DNA of 64,000 bases from Gonapodya sp. JEL0774 (lineage: Eukaryota). The stretch is taken from contig JADIIX010000090.1 in NCBI GenBank assembly GCA_027604505.1, positions 1 to 64,000 on the forward strand, given 5' to 3'. Under the pieces are notes generated by a model. The model ran no database searches. It was given only the letters and a program-made list of their open reading frames with translations, and was not told where the DNA came from. The translations under genes and the position numbers were made by a program. Shown here piece by piece: positions 34,426 through 47,548 of this stretch (the stretch's first letter is position 1; each line of letters begins with the position of its first letter).

Positions 34426-37272
34426 TCAAGTACGGGCGAATGCCGCTCCAAGCAGCTCCTCGGCGTCCTTGCTGAGAACAATGTGAGAAGACGCCGGTGG
34501 TGCGGACGGGAGAATCTGTGCGATTTCAAGAAGTTCCTTGACTTTTGTGACGAACTTTTGCTTCCGCTCTCCAACTTTGCCTCCATCTTGGAAGTTATCT
34601 GTGTGGGAAAAGTTTTTGTCATTGACATAAAAGAACTGAGTGAAGTGAGGATGCGTCCATCATTCCTTACCTTTGTGCACGACTCCAATTACCAATTTGA
34701 TTGTGTAACGGGACCCATCTGCATCAATGGCAAGGACATACGACTTTGTGAAGTCTCTGTGCTCGGTCTAGAATACGGACAATCCGTTGTTCAGCAGCAG
34801 TGGCTAATAGAGTAGCAAAGAGTGCCATACCAGGACCCAAGCGGCTAAGGCAGCGCGTATTTCTGCAATCTTCTTGAAATCCGTGTCAAACGGTATCTCC
34901 AAAGCGATTGAGTGCGACTGTGGTGCTGATCGGCGCACGTTGTATATGAACAGATGCGAGAGGTCATTGTTTGGGACGATCGTCATCTGTTGTGAGTGCA
35001 GGGCGAGGTCCAATCGTTGCAAAACTCCGAAAGTTCTTATCTCTGGCAGTAGTTTACTCACCAGACCATCATCACGTTTTAGGGTAGTTGTCAAAATATT
35101 CATCTCCATAACTGTAAATGTGTAGAACTGAAGGGAGAAAGGTGGATTGAGAACTGTGAGGGTCTCCCCATCCCTTGACAGCCCGTATCAATGACACCCA
35201 CTGCCCCGGATTGCTGCACCTGGATAACATCACCAACGTCGTATGGGTGCGTAACAAACATAAATAGAATGGAGGTGAACGTATTGCTGAGATTGGCACC
35301 GATGAAATAATTCATGATAACCAACAAAGTCGTGAGCTAGGACCATTTTATTTTCCAACGACGGGGTGAGAAAGCATTCCGACACGATTGCTGTTTGAGA
35401 GACCCACCGTCACAAATACAGACGATAAATCGATTCCGAAGATAATCAACCACACGAATAAAAGGACCACTACCGTAACAATCGTGAGAACCAAGTTAAG
35501 TTTGGATAGAGCTTTATGCATGTCTTCAATGGACTGAGAAAGGTGTCGTTGCTCTTGGAAAATCTTGGAGACACTGGATCGCATCTCGATTGCCGAAATT
35601 CCGCCTTGTCCTGTTGGAATCCAACAAAGTTCACGAAAATGACAAACATTAGCGCTGTATATCTGACGCACCATTTGTGTCGAAAATCGCGAATGCCCTT
35701 TTTGCGATGGAGATGCGGGGGAAAATTTGATAAAACTGCTCAATGTCAATTTCCGCTTTGTCGTCAGGGCAGATCCATTCAAAAAGCTTTTTCGCAAGTC
35801 TTCTTGACTCTGCCCTCTCCATGTCTGCTTTGGTGGTTTCAGAGGCCGAGATGCCAGCTCCAGATTTGTCGTCCAAGAGAAACTCTCCCGGTAGTTTCAC
35901 GAAATCAAGTGAGATCGGAACGGAAGAAACAAAGCTGTTGTACAGAGGACGTAAGGTGCCGTCAGCTGGATTCTTTGAGACAGGATGAGCTAATCCCCCC
36001 TGGGTTGTGGGTGCGTTTGTCGGCGGGGCCGGAGGGGAACGCGGAGGGCTATCTCTACTCAGGGAAATAACTGTATCTGCACTTCCTTGAGGGTCGCTGG
36101 AATCGAAGGTAATCTTTGATGCTATAACTGCCATTGGACTCGGCATAGACTTTTTACGAGCCTCGCGTAGTGTGTCGAGAACTGGGCGTGACACAAACGT
36201 CTTTGAACTAAAAATGACGCGAAGAAAAACACACATACGCGAAGAACTTACCGTATTGTGCGAATTTCAACTTCGTTATACGGTCCTTGAATGCAAGTTC
36301 GTGAAACCCACTCACAAACTGGGGAGAATCGAGAAAAGTGGTGAGCTTCCACATTCAAAAAGCTTGGCACGTGGTCCATGAGTTTCAACACACTGAATGG
36401 AATGCAAGACTCTTGAAGAAAAACGCGATTGAAGAAAACACCAATCCCGTGAATATCCGGGTGACGGTGTAGTTGCGGCTACATTCAGAATCAGCGAGAT
36501 CGTTGGGATTCACGTTTGCATTATCTCGGCAAACTGGGGATGGACAATTTGAATGTATCACCGATCACAAGTTTACGTAAATTTTCTCACGCACGTTGAT
36601 TGTTGAGGATATACACCCAGAGTGCCAGATTTACCAGCGACCAGATAGCAAGTGTGATCCAGCCCTGGAGAGATTCGACCAGCTGAATCCGCTCCACATA
36701 ACGCAATTGGCGCAATCGCAATTTGGCGATTTGCAAGCAAAGATAGACAAAGAGCCGACACAACCCGAGAGAAATGACCGTGATCGAAATGAATATGCAC
36801 CAGAGAGAAACAGGGACATGCCCAATTGCCGGATCCGCGAATGCAAATTTGGTGATGAGTCCAATGGGGAGCAAAATCCCTACCACTAAAATCAAGTTCA
36901 CAAATCTGCAGCACGTTTTCAGCACGTAGAAAGACAATAATTAGCGGTTCTGTAAAAACATACTCACATCCATTGTCCGGCTGGAGAGAGACGGTTCCAC
37001 AGCGGGAAGCAACTCTCTTCGTCCTCAATCTGCTCTTCGAGATCCTCTTCGTCTTCTTCGCGCTCCGACTGTTCTTCTTCCGGTGTCTTTTCGAACCAGT
37101 CGATTTCATCAGTCTTTCCGATTCCGTCGTGATACTCCGTCGACGACGATCCATCAGCGGCTGCGCCTGCCTGTTTAGTCGGGGGAGGAGGGGGAAGTGG
37201 GTCCGATTTGCTCAAAAGGGCATTACTTTCCAGCGTCGACATCAAGAGTGGGATCGGTTGCTCGCCGGCCAT
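34426..37272 (-). CDS. MscS-like mechanosensitive channel with EF-hand (Msy1/Msy2-type), spliced
   Basis: ARRLA-like helix, AFAIFDTNG..GGISAIEM EF-hand, FMFVTHPYDVGD, EMNILTT, NVRRS and HTDNFQ..RKQKF. Confidence 0.9.
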
Positions 37273-37527
37273 CCGGACCTCACTGGTATCAGTCAGAGCG
37301 AAAGTAATTCAATTTCAAAAGTATGGGGTCCCTGTGTGGCTGGACAAAGAATCCGCATCCTGCCTGGCCCCACATTCGCGGACGAAAAAAAAAAAGGGGG
37401 ATCGCATCACCAATTTTCCTCTCATATGTCGCACCAAGAAAGAAAGCATGATATTCGATTAGTCTATAATACAGAGAAATATCGCCTGCGAACCAAAACA
37501 TGTGTAACAAATGCCAATGAAGGAATG

Positions 37528-38652
37528 TCAAAGGTTTAAAAATTCATCCAGCCACGCGCCCTCCCCTATTTCGAAGCAAGCGATATTCTGCGCTTCCTGC
37601 TCTGCCGCCTGGGCAAGTGCTCTCTTCAATTGAGGGTATTTCACCTGGAGTTGGCCCAGAAGGTCGTCTACGAATTGGACATCCGGTGCTCTTGGAAGTT
37701 GCATTGCAGGCTGGGTATTGATAAGTTCCACTCGTGACGGCACGATCGCATGATGGGCGAAAGAGTTCTCGAACATGGAAGGGTTGAAAATCATGTTTTG
37801 CGTGGTAGCCTCTGATAAGGAAAAGCTTTCCTCTCCGAGAAAGGCCATTTGCGCTTGCAGGATCGGCGATGGTCCCATTTGTGGGACGGGCAGTTGTTCC
37901 CAGTCCAAGTTCGAAAAAGCTGCCGAGGAATCGAAGCCGTGCGCAGCATGCACTACCGGGGATATAGATGCAGCACTGAGAGGTGGCGACGGTAAAAAGG
38001 ATTGTGTAGCTGCAGGCGAAGATATCGATGTCGGAGATGGGTCTGGGTTGCGAGCTCGCCGCTTCGGTTGACGTCGGTTCCGCGAAACGGCTCCTCTGGG
38101 TGCATCTCCTTGTGGGGCACCAGTGCAAATCTTTTCATGATTGCGTAGACGGTCAGGTCGGACGAACCTTGAACCAAAACCGTCAGATTACATGAGGTGC
38201 ATAGGAAGCAAAGATGTCTAACACCATACGGCAGAATTACTCACCCTTGCTTCACACATCCGCATTTACTGCATGTTGGGATTCCCGTGTGCACAAGCTC
38301 ATGTCGGTTGAGATCACCGCTCCGGAAGAATCCTTGGTCGCAAAACCGGCAGCGGACAGAGTGTTCGCGATTGGTGACATGAATGACCAGGTGCGCTTTA
38401 GCGTTGAACTTCCTGGAAGTCGGAATCGTTGTATTGACAGAAAGATATTAGTTGAATGGAGGGGCACAGGAGGGAGCAGATGAGAAAAACGGTGGGTTAG
38501 GGCTGCGCAGTAACGACAAGTTCTCCCGACGAGACACCAAGACGCGCGCAGAACACATGCCTGGTGAATTCCTGTTGGCAAATTGCACAAATGAAGAGAT
38601 TGGTAGACACTTTGATAATGTCAGCTCCGGATGAGTGGCTGGCTGACCGCAT
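37528..38652 (-). CDS. C2H2 zinc-finger protein (probable transcription factor), spliced
   Basis: FICAICQQEFTR|.FNAKAHLVIH and VRCRFCDQGFFRSGDLNRHELVHTG, with an acidic/hydrophobic C-terminus (AWLDEFLNL) resembling an activation domain. Confidence 0.8.
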
Positions 38653-39626
38653 CGTTTGTGGTGACAACGCGAGATGAGCGAGGAGGAGCAAGAATGTCGG
38701 TGAAGGCTGGACGGCCCTTTGAGCGTCCCGATGAGCAGATCCAGATGAATAGGTTGCAGTGGCGAGTGCTGATGCGCGCTCGCTTGTTGGAACAAGTGTG
38801 GGTTGTTTGGGCTGGAGTTCGGGGGGCGAGTGTGTGTCTTATGCTGTGCTGTGGTGGGGGCTGGGCCAAGCCGGTTCAGCGGTCGGGTTGAGCTCAATCG
38901 ACTTGTAAACCATACAAAAACAGAAAGCATTTTGAGCTTTATTGCGCTCAGCTTCGATTGCTATTTCTCTGAAAAATTTCGAGATTTTTGTTCCACTCGA
39001 CCATGACTGGAACCAATTTTCTTTAGCTCTCCAATTCGGTAAAAATCACCGACCCGGCTGAATACGTGGAAATCTCCGCACAAGCTCGAGTGCAATCTAC
39101 CGTTTGGTAGATTCAATCTAGCATGTTACATCCCAGTTTCCGAGCCATCGCGAGTTCCCCCCCCCTCCTTTCCCGATTGTGCGGACTGAGGGTATGCCGC
39201 ATTCGGTCCCTCAGCACAAACTACCGGCACTGCCATTCTCTCCCTCAAAGTCCAAAACAAGGGAATTATACTGTAATTCGCACCGCCGAGTCCGCATTTG
39301 GAAATACTCTGTTTTAACATAAGTGCGGCCCCGAAATTATTGTCCGAAATTATTGTACTTGGAAACCGTGGTTTCATGGGAAGATGCGAAGATGCGAAGA
39401 AGCGAAGCTGGCCAAGTCCCCCAGCGTCACTTATCCCAACCAACTTGAACCCAACTCAGAGAATTCGTGTCAGTTCTATTTTTTCTCAAAAGAATGCCAC
39501 ACTGCAATTTTTTGCAAATACCAAATCCGTCCCTCTTTTCGTTTCGTATTCTCCGGCCTAGCCCACCACCTCCCCCCACCACGTACCACCTACAAACCCC
39601 ACCCATCAAGTAAGAACCGCTCGTAC

Positions 39627-42600
39627 CTACACCTCAGTCGTTTCCCACTGCAACACTTGTTCTGTCTTGTAATACGTCCCCCGCTGCTGAGTCATCGAAT
39701 AGTGCCTGTCACACACAGAAACAGACACAAGTACACCGACAGAAAAAAAGCATGGCATCAACGAACACGCAAGACACAAGAGACGCATCACACACGTGGG
39801 GGTGAAAAAAAAAATTTAGACCGGCATTTTCTCCCCCGGCCCACGACGGGGTCACTCACTTTGCTTTCGGGTAGGTGTGCTCTGGGTACCCCAACTCCCC
39901 TTCGTCGCCCGGGTAGCTTTCAAGGATAACGTGAGCGTTGGTGCCTAGTCAAGGGCCCGGGTGAGTGCGAGTGCGAGTGCGATGGAAACGGTCATCGGTC
40001 CGTGGAGGAAAGGACGTGAGGCATGTACTCGCTCACACGGTAGCTTGTCGCCACCAAAAAACCACACACCACCCGCCCCCCCCCCCCCCCCCCCCGCCCC
40101 CCCCCGAAGGCACCCCAAACCCGGACCCGCCCCCGCCCCCACTCTCCGACCATATCACCTCCAACTCACCTCCCGCCCCGAAACTATTGACTCCACATCT
40201 CACCACCCCGTCCCGCTTCTCTATCCTCGTCAGACCCGATCCGGGGCATATACGTATCTCGTCGGGGGGCAACGGGACGCTTTTGTTTTCGGTCAGGTTC
40301 GAATTAGGTCGTCGGGTTTAACGTGGTGTGGTGCGGAACGAGGAACGGGAGAGATTTGTTTTTGGTTTTTTTTCACCAGGTGAGTCTCATGGGGATGACC
40401 GCCCGCCGACCCCGCCGCCAGCCCCGTGCTCCGCACTCACTCTGTCCGCGGTGAGGTGAAATGCACCACGGGAGGTGCTTGGCCGTGCCTCGCGACGAGC
40501 AGGGCTTTAAGCATGGAAGTGATGCCCGACGCGGCTTCCGAGTGACCTGGAAAGACCACCCCACCAACCACGTTCATCAGCACAACCATTCCACACCACA
40601 CACACACACACACAAACACACCCGCCCCAGCCACGCCGCCACCCTCCCCCACTCCCCCAACCACGCACCGTACAAACTCTTCACCCCCCCGACCACCACG
40701 GGCCCCCCCCTTTCCTTGGCCACGCTGCCCCCGTACACCTCGAGACAGGTCTGCAGCTCCCTCTTGTCGCCGGCTTGCGTCCCCGTGGCGTGCATCTCCA
40801 CGTAGTCGATCGCGCTGGGAGGGAGATGGGCACGGGAGTGGGCGAGTCGGAGCACACGGGATTGGCCGGGGAGCTGCAGGGCGGGCGGGGGCGGGGCGGG
40901 GGTCGTGTAAGCAGTCGGACTTTCCCGTTCAGCATCACCGCCCCACCCACGCCCCCCCCCCCCCCCCCCCTCCCCCCCGCGCCACCCCTCATTTCCACCC
41001 CTGACCGCCCCAACTCACGCTCGGCGTTGCCATTCCCCGTCCAGTCCTCCCGTTATGTCCGGCCGCCGTCCCCCTCACGATGCCCACGACCCTGTCTCCG
41101 TCGCGCTGGGCAAGACTGAGGCGTTTGAGGAGCAGGGCGACCTGTCGGAGCGAGGTTGCGTGGTGGTGTGTTGTGCGTGGGGCGTGGTGTGCGGGGGTGG
41201 CGGTGCGTGTGGAGCGAATGGACGAGCGGAGAAGGGAGGACACACGGAGACACGTACCGCCCCTTCCCCCCTGGTGTACCCCGTCACGTGTGGCGTCAAG
41301 ATGGGGCTGTGGTAGGTCGGGCTGAGGATGCGGAGGAGGTCGATGTGGGCGTAGGAGGACTGGTGGGGGGTGGTGCGGGGGGCGGGGGGTGGGCGAGGTG
41401 GGGGAACAGGAGAGTCAGACGGTCATCGCTGACGCACGATGCGCAATCTCTCTTGCTGCCGCTCGGCCCACCCCCCTTGCACCACACAAAAAACCCACAC
41501 AACCCACCGGATTCAGCACCACGTTCACCCCAGCCGCCACCGCCGCGTCACATTCGCCGGCGAGGAGGGACTGGCAGGCCATGTGGACGGCGGCTTTTGT
41601 TTTAGGGAGGGGGGGGCGGAGGGGGGGAGGGTGGGGGGGCACCGTCACGTGTCAACCGCGGGTTGCAGATCACATCACGCCGCAGCCCCCCCCCCCACCC
41701 GTGCGTACTCAAGCTCCCCGAGCACGCGGTGTCGATGTTGACGCTCGGTCCGGACAGGCCGAGGCAGTGGGAGACTCGGTTTGCGATGGAGAAGGGGAGG
41801 AAGCCGAAGTTGGTGGTTGGGGTGGGGGGGTTCTTTGGGGGGGGGGAAGGTGAGAGATGGAGGGGTTGGTGGAGGGACAGAGATTGGCCATCGAGCGGTT
41901 TTCCCGGGCGGTGCACGTGGACCACAACACGCCGTTCTCACACGTCTGGTACACCTCTCCCACTTCACTTGCCCTTTCCCGTCAAACCCAAAAACCCCTC
42001 CCAAACCACAAAACCCAAACCCCCCCTTTCCACCTCAATCACCCCTTTTCCCCTTTCCCCCGAACCCCCCTCCCCCCTCCCCCCTCCATAGCCCACCTGC
42101 ATCCCCACGCCCACCGCATCCGCCACGCCGACTCCCACGCCCACGAACACGCCCACGTCGGCGCGCTCGGGGGGCACGGAGCGGGTCGAGGGGTCCCAGT
42201 AGGTGGACGGGGTGGTCGGGGAGGGGGAAGAAGAGGAAGGGGAAGGGGAGGGGGAGGGGGAGGAGGCGTTGAGGAGGCATTCGAGGGAGACGAGGAGTGC
42301 GAGGCGTTGGTGGGGGTCTTGAGGGGGGTGTGAAGGGGTGAAAGGGGTCGGGGAAAGATGATGTGGGGTGGGGGTGAGGAGGACAGAAAGCACAAGGCGG
42401 AACGGGGCAGGACCATGCAGGGATGACAAGACAGGACACGGCATGGCACGACACGACCATGGCGTCACAACCGGGCCCACGACCACGCCACGGCACAACA
42501 CGACACAATCTCGCCGAACTACACTCGATCCACAATCTCGCTATCGCTCGGGGGGATAGACTGACCCATGTCAAGGACCTCGTTCTCGGACAAGTGGAAG

Positions 42601-43241
42601 AAATCGTGGTCGAAGATTTCGAGTTGGTCGTCGGAAAGAAAAGCCCCCCTTGGCAGTTTTTTGGGGTTGGTGGCAGAGGAAGGGTCAGCAGGGTTTGTAG
42701 GAGTGGAGTCGGGAGGGGCAGGGGGGATGTTTGTGTTCCATCGCTTGTTGGGAGCAGGAGAGAAAATGGGAATTCCATTTGAGAGGACGTTCCAGAATGA
42801 GTCAGGAGTGTCGGCTTGAGGGAGACGGCAAGCCTTATGGGATGGATGGGAGTTGGGACAGAGTCGGGAGGGGGGGGGGGGGGAACGCGGGAGAGGGGGG
42901 GGGCGCGGGGAGAAGGGCAGGAGGGGGGGGAAAGACCGNNNNNNNNNNCGCGCGCCGCCGCCGCCCCCGCCGCCCCCGGGCCGGCGGGCGGCGCCCGCGC
43001 GCGCGCGCGGCGGCCGGCGGGGGGCCCGCGGACGGGGGGGTGGGGGGGGTGGTGGGGGGATAAGGGCAGGAGGGAGGGGAAAGACAGAGAGGGGAATAAG
43101 AAAACAAGGCAGGGAATGGAGCGAGACAGACAGGTGGGGTGGGTGGGGACGGTGCAGTGCAGTGCATTGGCCAGTGCGTACCGCGCCGATGATTGCGATT
43201 GGTTCAACCCAGGGAGGCAGAGTGGGCAGAGGAGACGCCAT
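39627..43241 (-). CDS. Stand-alone type I PKS beta-ketoacyl synthase (KS-only protein), spliced
   Basis: EPIAIIGA|ACRLP, FDHDFFHLS, M|DPHQRL, IANRVSHCLGLSGPSVNIDTACSGSL (Cys), GYTRGEG, YVEMHATGT (His), KSLYG|HSEAASG (His) and GVNSFGAG|GTNAHVILES, then a short tail. An assembly gap lies in intron 1 and the last exon is inferred. Confidence 0.88.
42939..42948. other. Assembly gap (10 N)
   Basis: N run flanked by G/C homopolymers, in KS intron 1. Confidence 1.
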
Positions 43242-43530
43242 GGGTGTGGGAGACACTGGGAGACACACGGTGGGTGACCTGTGATGGCTGATGGATGCCC
43301 GAGTACAAGGAGAGCGGAGAGTGCGGTGTAGCTATATATGTAAGAACACCGTGGCTGCGGTCAGGGCTGACAGATCCTCCGCCGGCACGCGGCAAATCTC
43401 AAGTGCCGAAACGACCCCGCCCTCAGCCGCACTCTTTTTCCCTTGTTTCCCGTGTCCGCCCATCTCCCATCCCCTCCCACCCATCGCGCGTTCTGTCTCC
43501 CCTTTCTCTCCCCCCAATCATCACTCAATC
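43242..43530. promoter_or_regulatory. Shared divergent promoter of the KS and acyl-CoA ligase genes
   Basis: 289 bp between two outward-facing ATGs, with a TATATAT element near 43333. Confidence 0.5.
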
Positions 43531-46500
43531 ATGGTCCTCATCTCCGCCCCTCCAATCCGTCTCCCATCAACCCACATCAACGTCGCCGCCTTCATCACGG
43601 ATTCCCCTTACCTCAAAAATCTCGACCTACACTCAAAAATCGCTTTCATTGTGAGTCCAATCCCCACACCCCCCCTTTGCCCATCCTTCCCCTTCTTTCC
43701 CCTCCCCTCTCCGGCCCCGCCTCCTTCCCTCCAGGTCGGATGGTGGTGGCCGTCGTTTCGTCACGCTTCGTTTCGTTTCTTTGTCGCTTCTTTCTTTTCT
43801 ATATTTTTTTGTGTGTTTTGTTTTTGTTTGGTTCGTCTCTCCTCGGGGACACGATGGTGATTGTGGTGTCCCTCCCCCCCACTACCCGGCGGGGGGCCGC
43901 TGTGTCCGGGTTTTTTCCCCGCGGGGTTTTTTTCATTTTTTTTGGGGTTGGGTATGGTGGGGGGGGGGGGGGGGGGGGGGGAGAGGGGTNNNNNNNNNNC
44001 CCCGTCTTCCCCCCAGCACCCTCCCCCACACGCCCATTCACCCTTCCACACAGGACCCCTCCACGTCCACCTCCCTCACCTACTCGCGCCTCTTCCACCT
44101 CTCCCACCTCTTCTCCCTCGGCCTCACCGACCTCTACCCGCACCTCTTCTTCCCCCCACCTGCACCGGCACCGGCACCCGCGTCCTCCACCCCCTCCAAC
44201 CCTCCACCACCCCGCTCCACCACAATCACCATCTTCTCCCCAAACGACCTCCTCTACCCCGTCGTCGCCCTCGGCGCTCTCATGGTGGCCCAACAGGTAG
44301 AACATTCATCCGCCGCCCGCAGTGACGGTGCAGGCTCCCACACGCCACCACACCCCCCAGTCGTCGTCAGCACCACCAACGCAGCCATGACGAGCTACGA
44401 GTGTGCGGGGCAGTGGGGTGAGTATCTGAGTTTGGTGTGTCTTGGTTTGGACACAAAGTGGGTCCGCGGGCCGTGGAGGAAAGTGAAGCATGGGAAGGTG
44501 GGAGCGTTGGCACCGTAGGACCGTGGGTGGGTCCGGTCGAGTCGGCGGGAATACATTGCAGCGTGGGAGGGTAGCACCGGGGGACCGTGGGTGGGGCGTA
44601 GCATACGGGATGCGGCCGTGGGTCGGATCCACTCGGTGGTCCAGTCGGCGGTCGGTCTGTGGGAAGTGTCGTGCGCCGACCCTGCACCGCCGTCCCATCC
44701 CAACCGTACTCGGCCCTGAGTCTTTCTCTCCCGTCCGCTCGTCTCCCCACCTCTTGTCTCATCTCACCCATCTCACCCCACTTCCCCCTCCCCCGCCACC
44801 CCAGCCTCCACCGCCCCCTCCCTCCTCCTCGTCCACCCTTCCCTCCTCCCACGGGCCATCTCGGCCTGGCGGGACATCCTCCACTGGGATACCGCGAGGG
44901 TGGTGGTCATGGACGGGAAGGGGTGGGTTGGGGGGGAGGGGGAAGGGGAAGGAGGGGTGGAGGTGCGGAACGGAGACCGGAGCGACGGGCACGTGAATGG
45001 GGACTGGGACAAGCAGGTCGCTGGACCCACCACCACCGTTGCCGACGTGTTTTCCCGTGGCCACCACGTGCACTCCACCACCCCTCCCACCACCACCGCC
45101 CCCGCCGCAGAGCCCCCCACCCCCCCCACCCCCACCCCCGTCCCCGTCCCTGTCCCGGCCTTCATCCTCTTCTCCTCCGGCACCACCTCGGGCAAGTCCA
45201 CTCCCGTACCCATCTCCCACGACAATATCGTGGCCGTCGTGAAGTCGTTGTGTGCTAGGGAGTGCGAGGGCATGGGCGAGACGGGGGAGCCGGCGGTGAG
45301 GGCGGGGAGGGATGTGGTCGTGGTGGGTTGGGTTGGTGGGGTGGGGGGGAGTGGGGCATTGCAGGTCGCGGGGGGGGTTAGGATGTCCGTTGGGGGGTTG
45401 CAGGTGGATGACCCGCTCCGTGACCCGCGCTCACCTCACCTTTCCCCTCTTTTCTCCACCCGCCCCCCCCCTCCCCCCGCGTAGGGCGTCGTGCCCCTCT
45501 TCCACGCCTTTGGGATGTTCAACCTGTGCTTCACGTCAATTTACGCCGTGAGTTGCCCAGAATCGCCAGGGGGGTCGGGGGTGGACGCGACGCCCTCGAC
45601 CACGACCATGACCATGACCCGTAACCCGTACCCATTTCGGCTCACATCCCACGTCCTTTCCCACCCCATCCCGCAGGGCCTCACCGTCGTGCTCTTCTCA
45701 AAGTTCGACGCCGCAAGGGTCGTGGACGCCATCGACGAGTACGAGTGTAACGTGGGGTTCGGTAGGTTTGCTGGGCCACCCACTCGGGCGGTGGTGGTGG
45801 GACGGGGGCCGGGGGGGTGTCTGTTTTTTTTTGGTGCCGCGGCTGGCGGCGCATAGGCTCTATCATGACTGGTTCGGTTCCGTTGGTTCGGGTGGATTTT
45901 TAGTGGTGCCACCGATGCTCATGATGATGACCAAGGTGATGGAAAAGGTGGGTAGGGGGTGGGGGGTGGGAGGTTGTGGGTTGGGCGGGACGGGTTAGGG
46001 GCTGGGAAATGGTCGATGAGAGAAGGGAGATTTGGGGGGGGGTGCACTTTTCCGTTCTGATGTCGGGACTATCTCTTGATCTCATCCTGCGCCCCACCTG
46101 TTTCTCGCCCCCATTATGCGTTCTCTGTGCCGCCACGACACTCCCCACCTCCATCCACCCCCGGCCCACCTCCCACCTCTCGCCCCAGCGCCCCTCCGCC
46201 GCCCACCCCACCCTCCGCTGGCTGCAATCCGCGGCCGCACCGCTCCTCGAAGAAGTCATAGCCGGCGTGCGCAAGGTGTTTGGCCGCGAGGTGCTCAGGA
46301 ACGGGTTCGGCATGACGGAGATTGTGGCGACCATGATCGCCACGGGGGTGGGAGGTGAGGCCGAGGTTGGGGGTACTCGGAGTTGGGGGTGGTTTCTTTT
46401 GTGTTGACGGTTCGGGTTTTGTTTTGTGTTTGGTGGTTTGTGGGGTTCGGTGCGGTGGCTTTGTGACTCGTTGGATCGGGTGCCTGCAGAGCCGTTGCGG

Positions 46501-47548
46501 GAAGGCTACGCCGGGAAACTCAACCCCAACAACGAGGCCAAGATTGTGAACCCTGTTACGGGGCAAAACGTTGCGGTGGGGGAGCCAGGTGAGTAGTGTG
46601 GGCGGCGGGCTGGTGGGGGAGGGGTGATTGTTTTGTTGTTGAGGCGAATTCGTGTGACACTGACTGCCCGTGCCAACCCCCTACCCCGAACATTTCTTGT
46701 GGGAAGGTGAACTCTACGTACGCGGCCCGCAGGTTATAAGGACGAGGTTGGATGGGTCGTCGATGCTGGATGAGGAGGGCTGGTTGCACACGTGAGTGTG
46801 GTGAGGGGGTGATAACGCGGGGTGGTGTTAGGTCACACACGACGAAAAAAAGTCTCTGCTGACATGATTTCGCGTTCGACCGTGATCGTTCGTTTGGAAC
46901 CGGGTGGGGCGGGGGGACTGGTTCGGTTTTGGTTTGGTTCACGTTCGGTTTCGGTAGAGGTGATGTGGCAACGGTGGATGAGAACGGCGGGTTCACCATT
47001 CGAGATCGGATCAGGGTGAGTTTTGCTCGTGGCGCGCGGGTGTTTTTTTTGTCTCGTGTGGTGCTTTGTTGGTGATTTGTGTTGTTTGACATCGATGTTT
47101 GGGGATGGAAACAGGAAATGATCAAAGTGAACGGTATATCGGTCGCTCCGGCAGACATTGAAACAGTGTTGATCCAGCACCCGTTCGTGGCGGATGCGGT
47201 GAGTTGGGACGGGGGAGGGCACACTGTGCACGGAAACCGAGCCAAGACGACCGCACCGCCTACCACTTTTCTTACGTGAACCAGGCCATCATCTCCATCC
47301 CACATCCATCTGCCGGAGAGTGCCCTCGCGCCTTTATCGTCCTGGACGGCGACCGCGTTGCGCACCTCCATGCCGAGCACGACCAAGACGAACAACAGGT
47401 CCACGAAGCGGTGCGAGCGTCGCTCCGGGCGTGGTGTAAAGAACGTATGGCGAGGCATAAGCAGCCGGACGGGGGGATCGTGTTCGTGGATGAGATTCCG
47501 AAGAATCCGAGTGGGAAGGTGTTGAGGAGGTTGTTGAAGGGGTTGTGA
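43531..47548 (+). CDS. ANL-superfamily acyl-CoA ligase (4-coumarate-CoA ligase / luciferase-like), spliced
   Basis: FILFSSGTTSGK, PLFHAFG, GFGMTE, DEEGWLHT|GD, MIKVNG.SVAPADIE and VDEIPKNPSGKVLRR. It ends -KGL, which is not a canonical PTS1. Confidence 0.92.
43990..43999. other. Assembly gap (10 N)
   Basis: N run next to a long G tract, in ligase intron 1. Confidence 1.

Noticed and set aside
44465..44630. Short GG(A)CCGTGGG motif recurring 3-4 times in a ligase intron
   Set aside because: Too short and irregularly spaced to distinguish from chance in G-rich sequence.
39945..47460. Numerous Pro/Gly-rich ORFs in the KS-ligase island
   Set aside because: They are translations of G/C homopolymer introns, some running through N gaps.
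43531..47548. Luciferase or NRPS adenylation module
   Set aside because: The family is shared, but no adjacent thiolation or condensation domain is present, and substrate or light emission cannot be inferred from motifs.
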